DNA of 63,010 nt from Candidatus Ratteibacteria bacterium (GTDB lineage Bacteria > CAIJMQ01), in assembly GCA_028715665.1 (NCBI GenBank), contig JAQURI010000001.1, positions 1-63,010 on the forward strand, written 5' to 3'. The first letter of the stretch is position 1, and every line of letters begins with the position of its first letter. Below, piece by piece: positions 10,270-18,993 of this stretch. The position numbers were made by a program, and so were the translations under genes. Below the pieces are notes generated by a model. That model was not told where the DNA came from. It saw only the letters and a program-made list of their open reading frames with translations, and made no database searches.

Positions 10270-10300
10270 GGGGTCAAATGGTAGAGAACCATCAGCCCCC
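10270..10300 (+). repeat. Truncated IS200/IS605 LE relic, copy C
   Basis: GGGGTCAAATGGTAGAGAACCATCAGCCCCC shares GGGGT...GGTAGAGAA with the LE of the complete IS. It starts 8 nt after the stop of the upstream gene. Confidence 0.45.
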
Positions 10301-10361
10301 ACACGTTCAATTGACCTACACATTCAGGACTAACCAGAACTCTTTTGTACGTACAGCCGCC

Positions 10362-10394
10362 TGACCGATACCTTTATCGTAATTATGTTATCTC
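10362..10394 (+). promoter_or_regulatory. Conserved promoter-like cassette, copy 2
   Basis: Sequence TGACCGATACCTTTATCGTAATTATGTTATCTC. TGTACGTACA (10346-10355) lies 6 nt upstream, and the start codon at 10404 follows. Confidence 0.6.
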
Positions 10395-10403
10395 GTAAGT
10401 AAT

Positions 10404-11051
10404 ATGCATGATGCAATTATCATCGAAGTATCAGGGAAAAAGGTAGAAGTAGACCGGAAAATAGCACCTTTAGTACAGGAACTTAACCGGATTGGTCTTG
10501 AAACGACTCATTCATGTCAGGGCGGGAACAGGAAGTTTGATAAAGGCCGTGCTTACGTATCTATACAATTAGGAACAGACAGTGAATTTCATTATCATAT
10601 AGAAGAGAAAGTTCTTACAATCAGATGGAATTTACCGGAAAACAAGGGAAAATTCATGCCAGAAGAACCGATAGATGTATCATATATCGATACTGACTTC
10701 GGGAATTGGAAACTTGCAGAGGTCTTACCAATACTGGAACGGGAACAAAAAGCCCGGTTCGGGAACCTGTCTTATAAATACAAAATCAGACAGGCAGAAA
10801 TTATTCTGGCGTATGAAGACGCATATTCAAAGAGGTCTAGTGCCGGATATGTATCATTAGACGAACTGTACCTGAGATTAAGGTATAAATATAGGCTATC
10901 AATTGATGACTTCAGGGCGGCAATGATTGATTTTTATGACCGCAATCGGTTTAGTTTTTCATTCGCCCCCGGTTCGTGTAGCAGAACAGAAGTAAAGAAG
11001 TACGGATTTCCAGCAGGTGGAAAATGGATATATTACATTCAAAAAACATGA
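10404..11051 (+). CDS. Hypothetical protein
   Basis: 215-aa ORF immediately downstream of cassette copy 2. Confidence 0.55.
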   Translation: MHDAIIIEVSGKKVEVDRKIAPLVQELNRIGLETTHSCQGGNRKFDKGRAYVSIQLGTDSEFHYHIEEKVLTIRWNLPENKGKFMPEEPIDVSYIDTDFGNWKLAEVLPILEREQKARFGNLSYKYKIRQAEIILAYEDAYSKRSSAGYVSLDELYLRLRYKYRLSIDDFRAAMIDFYDRNRFSFSFAPGSCSRTEVKKYGFPAGGKWIYYIQKT

Positions 11052-11575
11052 CCGGAGAAATAAAAATAGCCGAACTCGATAGGGCTACAATATATCACAG
11101 ATGGCTTGAATTCTCATTAAATCTTGCAGACATTATGAACATAACTCCGGGAAGAAAAGCAAAGCTACAAGATGAAATTCAGAGGTTCATACAACAATAT
11201 AACTGCCCAAAAGATTTCGACGGTAGTGGAGAACGGCTATTTCCATATGCGGCAAGACCAATTCTTGGATGGGATTTTGGAGGGAATTCGACAGATACAG
11301 ACCATATTATCTGCGACCATGCAAACGAATACGTTGAGGAGTATGTCGTATATGACAAGAAGACGGGAGAGTTCAGGGGAAAATTTGCCGAACAAATATT
11401 AACATGCATCAGAGCCGGACTTGATGTAGCAAATCCAGAAATGCGAAGTGCCGGAGTCATAGGTTTCACTGTCGAAGATATCCGTAAAGCTTATAAAAGC
11501 CAGATTCCACAATGGCTAAATGAAGTTCTAGGGTTAAAAGGCGATGAGCCGGGAGATGACCCGGTATGGTTATGA
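11048..11575 (+). CDS. Hypothetical protein
   Basis: The ATG at 11048 overlaps the upstream stop (ATGA). 175 aa. Confidence 0.5.
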   Translation: MTGEIKIAELDRATIYHRWLEFSLNLADIMNITPGRKAKLQDEIQRFIQQYNCPKDFDGSGERLFPYAARPILGWDFGGNSTDTDHIICDHANEYVEEYVVYDKKTGEFRGKFAEQILTCIRAGLDVANPEMRSAGVIGFTVEDIRKAYKSQIPQWLNEVLGLKGDEPGDDPVWL

Positions 11576-12615
11576 AAAAAGTTCACATACTCTACGATAT
11601 GAAAGACACTCCATGGGGCGGAGGCAACCAGTTTTTCAAAGAATTGCGTCACGAATTACAAATGAACGAAAGGTACGCCGAAAAGATATCGGACGCAGAC
11701 GTAATTATATTTAGCAGCCATCATCAGATGGACAAGGTTATTCAGGCCAAAATAGATTATCCGGACAAACATTTTGTTCATCGTATGGGGTCAGTATTCA
11801 CATATGCCAGAGGTGATAAATATCTCGACCAGCTTGTTATCGAGATGAACCAAAACATAGCTGATGGAACGATATTTCAATCCAGATGGCAGGAAGAAAA
11901 ATTCCATGAAATCGGGCTGCCTATTGGTATAGAAACAATTATTCACAATGCACCGAATGAATATCTATTCAATTCAAAATCAAAAATCAAAGAACAGATA
12001 CATGGGCTGGAAGAGCACGAATTGATACAGGAAGGATTACAAAAAGAAAAAATACGGTTAATAACAACAGGCTGGTCAACCGGGGATATAAAAGGGTTTG
12101 ATATTTACAAATATCTGGATGAACATCTCGATTTCGATAAATATTCGTTTATCTTCCTCGGCAATTCAAAGGTAAAATTCAAAAACATCACGTCATTCCC
12201 GCCACAAATAAGCATGGTGGTGGCATCAATATTACAGGGCAGTGACATCTTCATTACTGCAACCCAAAACGACGCCTGTTCTAACTCGCTTGTGGAAGCA
12301 CTTCATTGTGGTCTCCCGGTCGTAGCAAGGAACAGCGGAGGACATCCGGAACTGGTCGGGAAAGCCGGGGTACTATTCGATGGGAAAGAAGATGTACTGG
12401 ACGCAATAGAGATGGTAAGCTCAAATTTAGAAATGTTCCGGGAACGGATACAAGTAGAGAGCATAAGTAAAATCGCTCAAAAGTATTATTCTTTCTGTAT
12501 GTACATCTTAGAAAACACTGTACCGAAACATTATGACAAATCAAGAATAACGAACATGAAAATAATGCAGGGAAAACAGAAAGCTGCGGAATTATTTAGG
12601 CGGGTAATATCATGA
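11566..12615 (+). CDS. Glycosyltransferase, GT4-like (GT-B C-terminal domain)
   Basis: Signature NSLVEALHCGLPVVARNSGGHPELVGKAGVLF. Confidence 0.7.
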   Translation: MVMKKVHILYDMKDTPWGGGNQFFKELRHELQMNERYAEKISDADVIIFSSHHQMDKVIQAKIDYPDKHFVHRMGSVFTYARGDKYLDQLVIEMNQNIADGTIFQSRWQEEKFHEIGLPIGIETIIHNAPNEYLFNSKSKIKEQIHGLEEHELIQEGLQKEKIRLITTGWSTGDIKGFDIYKYLDEHLDFDKYSFIFLGNSKVKFKNITSFPPQISMVVASILQGSDIFITATQNDACSNSLVEALHCGLPVVARNSGGHPELVGKAGVLFDGKEDVLDAIEMVSSNLEMFRERIQVESISKIAQKYYSFCMYILENTVPKHYDKSRITNMKIMQGKQKAAELFRRVIS

Positions 12616-13103
12616 AACCGGATAGAAGTTTAATAGGGAACGAATTTATTAAAGAGTGGATAAACAACAGCAAAACATACAGGAAGATACTGGAACACAG
12701 GAAGACATGCAAAAAACAACGCCGGGGCAAGTTTTGTATAGAGTGCACGGGTGGAGATTTAGAAGATGTTGTAATGGATTTTGAACACGAAATACTGAAC
12801 GAGATGAATTTTGAATGGGACTGTACACAAAGAACTGACAGATTCATGAGTTATATGCGTTTACGTGTAACTACAGTTATGCCGAAGAGCTTGCAGGACA
12901 CAGTATATAAAGAAATTATGGATTATATAAAAGACCTTAAAGGGAACAATGCACTAAGAACTGACATATTCATGATGTGTATGCGTTTACGGGCAACTTT
13001 AGCCGTGCCAAAGAGCTTGAAGGACGCAGCGGACAAGGAAATTATAGATTATATCACAGACTTAACCCATAAAGGCCAGAGCGAAGAAATTGAGGTATCA
13101 TAA
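12612..13103 (+). CDS. Hypothetical protein with internal 42-aa tandem duplication
   Basis: ATGA overlap upstream. Contains CKKQRRGKFCIEC and the repeat units FMSYMRLRVTTVMPKSLQD..EIMDYIKDL / FMMCMRLRATLAVPKSLKD..EIIDYITDL. Confidence 0.5.
   Translation: MKPDRSLIGNEFIKEWINNSKTYRKILEHRKTCKKQRRGKFCIECTGGDLEDVVMDFEHEILNEMNFEWDCTQRTDRFMSYMRLRVTTVMPKSLQDTVYKEIMDYIKDLKGNNALRTDIFMMCMRLRATLAVPKSLKDAADKEIIDYITDLTHKGQSEEIEVS
12831..13082 (+). repeat. Two diverged in-frame 126-nt tandem units
   Basis: AGAACTGACA recurs at 12831 and 12957 (period 126 nt). Roughly 70 percent identity by eye over about 105 nt. Confidence 0.7.
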
Positions 13104-14392
13104 TGGGAATAAGAAAGGAAGCACTAAAAACAATCGATAGGATAATAAGTTCAAAAGAATTCACGAGCACACTCGCCCCGGTTCTGCAATATTTACCAAT
13201 CGGGCAAATTAAAAAGAATATCATCAAGAACAAAATAGAATCGATTCAGGGATGCCGGATTGTCTCCTCATCACCGTACAGGGCAATAATCAATACCTCA
13301 AATACCTGTAATTACAGGTGCAAGATATGTGAAATTCATTTCTTGCACAAAAAATATCCGGTACACTATCCAAACGCCATAGACCTTATGGCGTTTAAAA
13401 ACATGAACCAGATTTTAGAGAATTTATATTTACTGGAGTTTTTCGGAAATGTGGGGGAGCCACTAACGAACCCGGATTTTGTGAATATTGTTAGATACAT
13501 CAAGCAAAGGTTTGGAACACGGTTGTTCCTGAACACGAACGGTTCCTTATTGAATTCATCAATGGCAAGTTCATTGATTACGGAAAAATTCGATGAAATA
13601 TTAATATCGTTACATGCAGCATCAGAAGAGACATACTCAAAGTTGATTGGAGGAGATTTTAAACGAGTAGTTGATAATATTGCAACCATATCAGCAATCA
13701 AGAAACAATACCGAGAAAAAAAACCGGAAATCGGGATTGCTTTTGCATTAAATCAAATCAATGAACGGGAAGTCGAAGATATTGTATGTCTGGCATACAA
13801 ACTAAAAGCAAATTATCTTCAAGTTTCTCATTATTATCATGGATTAAACGGAATGGAAAAAGATATATCTTTTATGAATATGAGTCCGTGTGGGAACTAC
13901 AAAGTCAATGCCATATATGATTTTGCCAAGTTCATAGGGCACTTAAAAAGAAAAGAACTAACGGTACTTCCAAAAAAGAGACCGTATTTGGATGAAGAAG
14001 AACCTGAGACCCCAAACTGCTATGCTCCATGGAATACGATAAAGATGGATGGGTGTATAGAATACCAGAACAGCCACTATATTTCCGTTTGTAACAGGAT
14101 AACTTTGTTCAGGTTAGATTATACAGAATTCGACTTCAATGGATTCCACGAGACTCTATGGAATCATCCATATCTCCAGTACATGAGAGCAACGGTAAAT
14201 TCAAAAGAACAGAATCCAATATGCCGGCTCTGCAAGAATCCAGAGAATCATAAATTAAGGAATACAGATAACGTAGAATATAGAAGACGCAGGGATGAAG
14301 CAATGCAGCAATTCTGGGAATTGGCTGAGAGTTACTTGAAAGCCCCGGAAATAAAAGGAATACACATCATTAAACAGAACCCATACACGTAG
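13103..14392 (+). CDS. Radical SAM protein with Cys-rich (SPASM-like) C-terminal region
   Basis: CNYRCKIC (CX3CX2C) near residue 70. The C-terminal part carries extra cysteines: CYAPW..DGC..CNR..CRLC. Confidence 0.85.
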   Translation: MGIRKEALKTIDRIISSKEFTSTLAPVLQYLPIGQIKKNIIKNKIESIQGCRIVSSSPYRAIINTSNTCNYRCKICEIHFLHKKYPVHYPNAIDLMAFKNMNQILENLYLLEFFGNVGEPLTNPDFVNIVRYIKQRFGTRLFLNTNGSLLNSSMASSLITEKFDEILISLHAASEETYSKLIGGDFKRVVDNIATISAIKKQYREKKPEIGIAFALNQINEREVEDIVCLAYKLKANYLQVSHYYHGLNGMEKDISFMNMSPCGNYKVNAIYDFAKFIGHLKRKELTVLPKKRPYLDEEEPETPNCYAPWNTIKMDGCIEYQNSHYISVCNRITLFRLDYTEFDFNGFHETLWNHPYLQYMRATVNSKEQNPICRLCKNPENHKLRNTDNVEYRRRRDEAMQQFWELAESYLKAPEIKGIHIIKQNPYT

Positions 14393-15701
14393 GGGTCAAG
14401 GGGTAGAAATCGCCCCGTGCCTTGAGGCCGGGGCTGAATCGTACCCCTTGGAATAGCAACACCATTGACCGATACCTTTATCGCAATTATGTTTCAAAGG
14501 ACTACAAAGAATGAAAAAAACATACCAGTTCAGGCTATACCCGACGAAAACCCAAGAAGTAACACTGACTAGGACTCTTAGTACGTGCAGGCACCTGTAC
14601 AATAATGCTCTTTCCGAGCGAAGGAAGCAGGCAACTTCAAACACAGTATTGAGACTGCTTCAGGTCTTCCCATGGGGAAAACCGGACTGGGTAACTAAGA
14701 ACGACCAGATGTTAAGCTTGACTGAAACAAAGACCGAGCATCAGTCCGAGGTTTACACACAGGTCTTACAGGATGTAATCAAACGTGTAGACAGGAGTTT
14801 CAAGAATTTCTTTAATGGCTTCGGCTATCCTCGTTTTCATGGCAGGAACCGGTACAACAGTTTCACGTATCCCCAACTGGGCTTCTCACTCAACTCCGGG
14901 AAATTAACCCTTTCAAAAATCGGCGGTATCAAGTTAATGCAGCACCGGAAAATAGAAGGAACAATCAAAACATGCACAATTAAAAAAGACATCGACCGAT
15001 GGTATGTTACTTTTTCCTGTGAAATAGAATCTCCCGTACCGGTTGAAATCAAAACCAGAACCGGGATAGATGTAGGCTTGATAGATTTAATCACATTAAG
15101 CAACGGTGAACAGGTAAAACCCCCGAAATTTCTGCGAGCATCAGAAAGCAAACTGATACAGGAACAGAGACGATTAAACCGTAAAAAGAAGGGTTCAGGA
15201 AAGAGGAACCGGCAAAAGATAATAGTAGCCAAGGTACACAGGAAAATCAGGAACCAGCGAAAAGACTTTGCTCATAAGCTATCGAGACAACTGGTCGATA
15301 GCTATGACCTGATAAAATTCGAAGATTTGCAAATAACGAATATGGTTCAGAACCATCATGTTGCAAAAAGCATAAGTGATGCTGGCTGGTATCAGTTGAT
15401 GAATTTTACGGACTACAAAGCAGGATACGCTGGTAAGTTCGTAGAATTCGTAAATCCATCCGGAACAAGTCAGACCTGTACCTGTGGTTTCGGTGTAGCA
15501 AAAGACCTGTCAGTAAGGATACACCGTTGTCCTTCCTGCGGTCTTGTAATGGGACGAGACCAAGTATCAGCGATATTGATAGAAAACAGGAATTCAGTAT
15601 ATACCGTAGGAACTACGGAAATCAAAGCCCGTCGAGGACTCTCACGAACAAGAGAGCCGATGCAGCGGGACGCCCAAGCCATTCAGGGTCGGGCAGTTCA
15701 C
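14392..15701 (+). mobile_element. tnpA-less IS200/IS605-family unit (LE + internal promoter cassette + tnpB + RE)
   Basis: The LE at 14392-14462 is homologous to the LE of the complete IS, with hairpin GCCCCGTGCC-TTGA-GGCCGGGGC at 14412-14434. An imperfect RE hairpin lies at 15672-15694, and the terminus AGTTCAC (15695-15701) is identical to the RE terminus of the complete IS. Joining the flanks gives a tidy stop-SD-start junction. Confidence 0.75.
14466..14498 (+). promoter_or_regulatory. Conserved promoter-like cassette, copy 3 (inside the tnpB unit)
   Basis: Sequence TGACCGATACCTTTATCGCAATTATGTTTCAAA. The tnpB ATG at 14511 lies 22 nt after the cassette's internal ATG. Confidence 0.6.
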
Positions 15702-15716
15702 GGAGGAGGAACATAA
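14511..15716 (+). CDS. tnpB: TnpB (IS200/IS605 OrfB, RNA-guided RuvC nuclease)
   Basis: KTYQFRLYPT N-terminus; RuvC residues in GIDVGLIDL, KFEDLQI and GRDQVSA; zinc finger CTCG...CPSCG. About 60 percent identical by eye to the second copy. Confidence 0.9.
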   Translation: MKKTYQFRLYPTKTQEVTLTRTLSTCRHLYNNALSERRKQATSNTVLRLLQVFPWGKPDWVTKNDQMLSLTETKTEHQSEVYTQVLQDVIKRVDRSFKNFFNGFGYPRFHGRNRYNSFTYPQLGFSLNSGKLTLSKIGGIKLMQHRKIEGTIKTCTIKKDIDRWYVTFSCEIESPVPVEIKTRTGIDVGLIDLITLSNGEQVKPPKFLRASESKLIQEQRRLNRKKKGSGKRNRQKIIVAKVHRKIRNQRKDFAHKLSRQLVDSYDLIKFEDLQITNMVQNHHVAKSISDAGWYQLMNFTDYKAGYAGKFVEFVNPSGTSQTCTCGFGVAKDLSVRIHRCPSCGLVMGRDQVSAILIENRNSVYTVGTTEIKARRGLSRTREPMQRDAQAIQGRAVHGGGT

Positions 15717-16153
15717 TGATACTCTTAGGAGTAAGAATTATAAAAACGGCTGCTGAGGTGTTTATGCACCGGGACGACATGAAGAAATACAGGCAACTAA
15801 ATATCAGCTATGAATTTTCTATGGATGAATTAGCGATAGATAGGCTGAAATTAAACGGGGCGGATAAAGTGGTAGGAATTCCATACAGTTTCTCAATAAT
15901 ATACACTAACCCTTCAATGGGGCGTTTAAATTATCAAGGAGAAGTTGACTGCCAAAACAATAACCAAACCGATGAGAGAACTGAAGAAGATTTACGGAAT
16001 GAAATAGCTTATAATATAACACTCAATATTTTACCGGTGGCGTTAATTGCGAGTACGTCTCTGGGTCTTCCACCCCCATTCCCTCTCCCAGCCCCACCAA
16101 GAAGAGAAACAACGAAAAAAGACGACTATGAAGAAATCAGGGGATACGGATGA
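15716..16153 (+). CDS. Hypothetical protein (Pro-rich C-terminus)
   Basis: The ATG at 15716 overlaps the tnpB stop (TAATG), preceded by GGAGGAGGA. 145 aa. Confidence 0.5.
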   Translation: MILLGVRIIKTAAEVFMHRDDMKKYRQLNISYEFSMDELAIDRLKLNGADKVVGIPYSFSIIYTNPSMGRLNYQGEVDCQNNNQTDERTEEDLRNEIAYNITLNILPVALIASTSLGLPPPFPLPAPPRRETTKKDDYEEIRGYG

Positions 16154-16821
16154 ATATACAATTCAGTTTTGATGATAATCACGTATTGAATATGAGAGTA
16201 GCTGACCTGTTGGAACAATATGGGTTCAGAGCGACTTTTTTCATTAATATAGTGCCGCTAACAACCCATTCAGGTATGACAACAAAACAGATTAAACTCT
16301 TATGTTTGCGAGGGCATGAAATAGGTGCACATACAGTTAACCATGTGCAACTTCCACTGCATCAGAGAGGCCGCAGGCACCATGAGCTTAGACGTGGAAA
16401 AAGCAGACTGGAAAAAATAATCGGGTCAGAAGTAACCGGTTTCAGTTATCCGAAAGGCCAATACACTGACGAAATTAAAATCGAAACGGAGGCGGCAGGA
16501 TACAAGTATGCCCGCGCAACTGGAGAAGGGAACATTAACCCGGCTGTAGATGTATTCGCAGTAATACCGACAGTCCAGATTTATAACAGCCCACTGAGAA
16601 GATATCTACGGATAAAAAGAAATCTTCTGGAAGGAACTAAATTCTCATTGACGGGAGACTGGAAAAAATCATGCATGAAATACATTGGAAAAAATGAAGG
16701 CATCGTTCACATATGGGGTCATTCATGGGAAATAGAAAAACAAGGATTGTGGACTGAATTCGAAGACTTGCTGAAGTGGATTCGCAATTTCAACATCGAA
16801 AAAATCGAATCGGAGGATTAA
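16150..16821 (+). CDS. Polysaccharide deacetylase (NodB homology domain)
   Basis: SFDDNH...ATFFIN and HEIGAHTVNH metal-binding motifs. Confidence 0.85.
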   Translation: MNIQFSFDDNHVLNMRVADLLEQYGFRATFFINIVPLTTHSGMTTKQIKLLCLRGHEIGAHTVNHVQLPLHQRGRRHHELRRGKSRLEKIIGSEVTGFSYPKGQYTDEIKIETEAAGYKYARATGEGNINPAVDVFAVIPTVQIYNSPLRRYLRIKRNLLEGTKFSLTGDWKKSCMKYIGKNEGIVHIWGHSWEIEKQGLWTEFEDLLKWIRNFNIEKIESED

Positions 16822-16822
16822 A

Positions 16823-17470
16823 TTGATAAATTCATATCGCCGGGATATGCTGGATAAAGAAATAAATATGCATCAAGCAAACCTATTCGGAATAATGCTC
16901 GATATCGGAGGAGGAACCAAGCGTGGAAACAGTAAGGATTTCATTCACGTCACAGACCACATTATACTGGACAAATCCAAGCGGACAAGACCGACTGTAA
17001 TAGGAGATGCGGAACATCTTCCGTTTAAAGACGGAGCTTTTCATTCAATAAAATGTACGGAACTGCTTGAATATTTAAACATCCCGGAGCAAGCGGTTTC
17101 CGAAATGCGACGAGTTCTTAAGGACTGCGGTGAGGCGATGGTCTCAACACCATTCAATCTCGGAATACATTATGATGAAGATTTAGTACGATTTACTAAA
17201 TATAAGCTGGTAGAGATGTTTAAAGATGCTGGTTTTAGAATAGTCTATTTATCTGAGCAGGGCAGATACTTTACGGTTTTAGGGTACATGCTCAAGCAGG
17301 CAATCCTGAACACCAACTCAAAAGCACGCTGGTTACTGTTCTGGACGTTTCCAATGCTGGATTTAATGACCGGACTCGATAACTGGTCTTTTGTTAAAAA
17401 CTCACAATTTCTAAGCTCATTTACAACAGGATATTTCATTTCAGCAATAATCAAACAGGAGAAACAATGA
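16823..17470 (+). CDS. Class I SAM-dependent methyltransferase
   Basis: Motif LDIGGGTKRG plus acidic-loop motifs. The start codon is uncertain (TTG at 16823). Confidence 0.7.
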   Translation: MINSYRRDMLDKEINMHQANLFGIMLDIGGGTKRGNSKDFIHVTDHIILDKSKRTRPTVIGDAEHLPFKDGAFHSIKCTELLEYLNIPEQAVSEMRRVLKDCGEAMVSTPFNLGIHYDEDLVRFTKYKLVEMFKDAGFRIVYLSEQGRYFTVLGYMLKQAILNTNSKARWLLFWTFPMLDLMTGLDNWSFVKNSQFLSSFTTGYFISAIIKQEKQ

Positions 17471-18960
17471 AAAGCAAAATCGTTATGATATACCCGCCGA
17501 CAGGCAATATCGTAGACTATAACACCCCAACAGGAACTCTTTATGTGGCAACTTATTTACAGGAAAAGGGCTATGATGTGAGATTCATAGACTGTTCCGT
17601 TGAGGAAAACTGGCACGAAAGAGTATTGGAGGAAGTAAAAGATGCCCTATGTTTTGGCTCTTACTGCATGTCAATTCACATAAAGCATTTAATTCCGTTA
17701 CTAAAAGACGTAAAAAGAATCAATCCAGCGATAAAGACTGTATTGGGGGGAGCACATCCAACCCTGTTCCCGGAGCAGACGGCAGCAGACCCGCTAGTAG
17801 ACTTTGCTGTAATAGGGGAAGGAGAAGAGACAATGCTGGAACTGGTACAAATGATAGAAGCGGGAAAGACTGATTTCTCCGAGGTAAAAGGGATTTCATA
17901 TAAACACAAAGGGAAAGCCCTAACAACCCCTGCCCGTGAATTCATAGACATGGACACATTACCATTCGTGGACTGGAGTTTAATGAGCCAGAAAGCACTC
18001 GACAGCATGAAAACAAAAATAGCAAGAATACAAACAAGCAGAGGCTGTCCTTTTCATTGTAGTTTCTGCATCAACGTCGTCTCAAAAAACGGTAAGATGA
18101 GATACAGGTCTCCGCAGAAAGTCGTTGACGAAATAGAACATATGATAAAGACCTATGGAGTAAAGAGGTTTGGGATAAGAGATGAAGTTTTCCTGTTGAA
18201 CCGCCAGAAAGCAAAAGAAATAGCTCAGGGCATAATTGACAGAGGACTCGAAATAACATGGCTCGCTAATCCGCACGTTAAATTCCTGCGGGAAAGCTGG
18301 ATTGATGATGAATATCTTGATTTACTCAAACGGTCAGGATGCACAAAACTCCAATGTGGAGGAGAATCGGGAAACCAGAGGATATTGGACATGCTTCACA
18401 AGACAGTTACACCAGAAGACACCCTGAATTTTGTGAAACGAACAAAAAAGCACGGAATAATTTCACTCGTAGCATTCATGACAGGACTCCCGACAGAGAC
18501 CAGAGCAGAACAATTGCAAACATTAAAGCTGATATGGGGAATAATGGAGATAGCTCCGGAAACGTTCATTAACGGGGCAGCAATGTTCAGACCATACCCC
18601 GGAGGCGAATTATACGAACAGTGCGTGCGGGATTATAATTTAAAAATGCCAATAACATTCCGGGGCTGGATGGACGTAGAAACAATCGGGGGAACAAAAC
18701 CACCATGGATAAAAGACCTGTATTTCAGTCAGAACCTGTGGATGCATACTACGTTTGCCAGATACGAAAATCTTGGCCAGTTAACAGGTATCTGCAAGAA
18801 AATATATAAAAAATACGGGTTACTTCCAGCAATCGGTGCATATTTATGGGGAAAAGTCTCACATTATCGATTGAAGCATAACTATTATGGATTTCTGATA
18901 GACTTTTGGCTGCTTCAAGCATACTGGCATCAGCGCGGAGAAATTCCGGAATTAAGTTGA
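17467..18960 (+). CDS. B12-binding-domain radical SAM enzyme
   Basis: N-terminal cobalamin-binding-like domain (IVMIYPP...DVRFIDC) followed by SRGCPFHCSFC (CX3CX2C). Confidence 0.88.
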   Translation: MKSKIVMIYPPTGNIVDYNTPTGTLYVATYLQEKGYDVRFIDCSVEENWHERVLEEVKDALCFGSYCMSIHIKHLIPLLKDVKRINPAIKTVLGGAHPTLFPEQTAADPLVDFAVIGEGEETMLELVQMIEAGKTDFSEVKGISYKHKGKALTTPAREFIDMDTLPFVDWSLMSQKALDSMKTKIARIQTSRGCPFHCSFCINVVSKNGKMRYRSPQKVVDEIEHMIKTYGVKRFGIRDEVFLLNRQKAKEIAQGIIDRGLEITWLANPHVKFLRESWIDDEYLDLLKRSGCTKLQCGGESGNQRILDMLHKTVTPEDTLNFVKRTKKHGIISLVAFMTGLPTETRAEQLQTLKLIWGIMEIAPETFINGAAMFRPYPGGELYEQCVRDYNLKMPITFRGWMDVETIGGTKPPWIKDLYFSQNLWMHTTFARYENLGQLTGICKKIYKKYGLLPAIGAYLWGKVSHYRLKHNYYGFLIDFWLLQAYWHQRGEIPELS

Positions 18961-18988
18961 CCGATATATTTATAGTAATTATGTTTCA
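18958..18988 (+). promoter_or_regulatory. Conserved promoter-like cassette, copy 4, cut off by IS insertion
   Basis: TGACCGATATATTTATAGTAATTATGTTTCA is followed directly by the IS right end (GTGAACT on the + strand). Its TGA is the stop codon of the upstream gene. Confidence 0.55.
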
Positions 18989-18993
18989 GTGAA

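Noticed and set aside
8130-14462. GC-rich hairpin repeats (GGGGTCAAGGGGTA.AAATCGCCCCG...) right after stop codons. These were first considered as terminators, a structured ncRNA family or CRISPR-like repeats.
   Set aside because: They align almost base for base with the reverse complement of 20630-20697, which is the left end of the complete IS200/IS605 element. They are therefore IS left ends or relics, not an independent RNA family.
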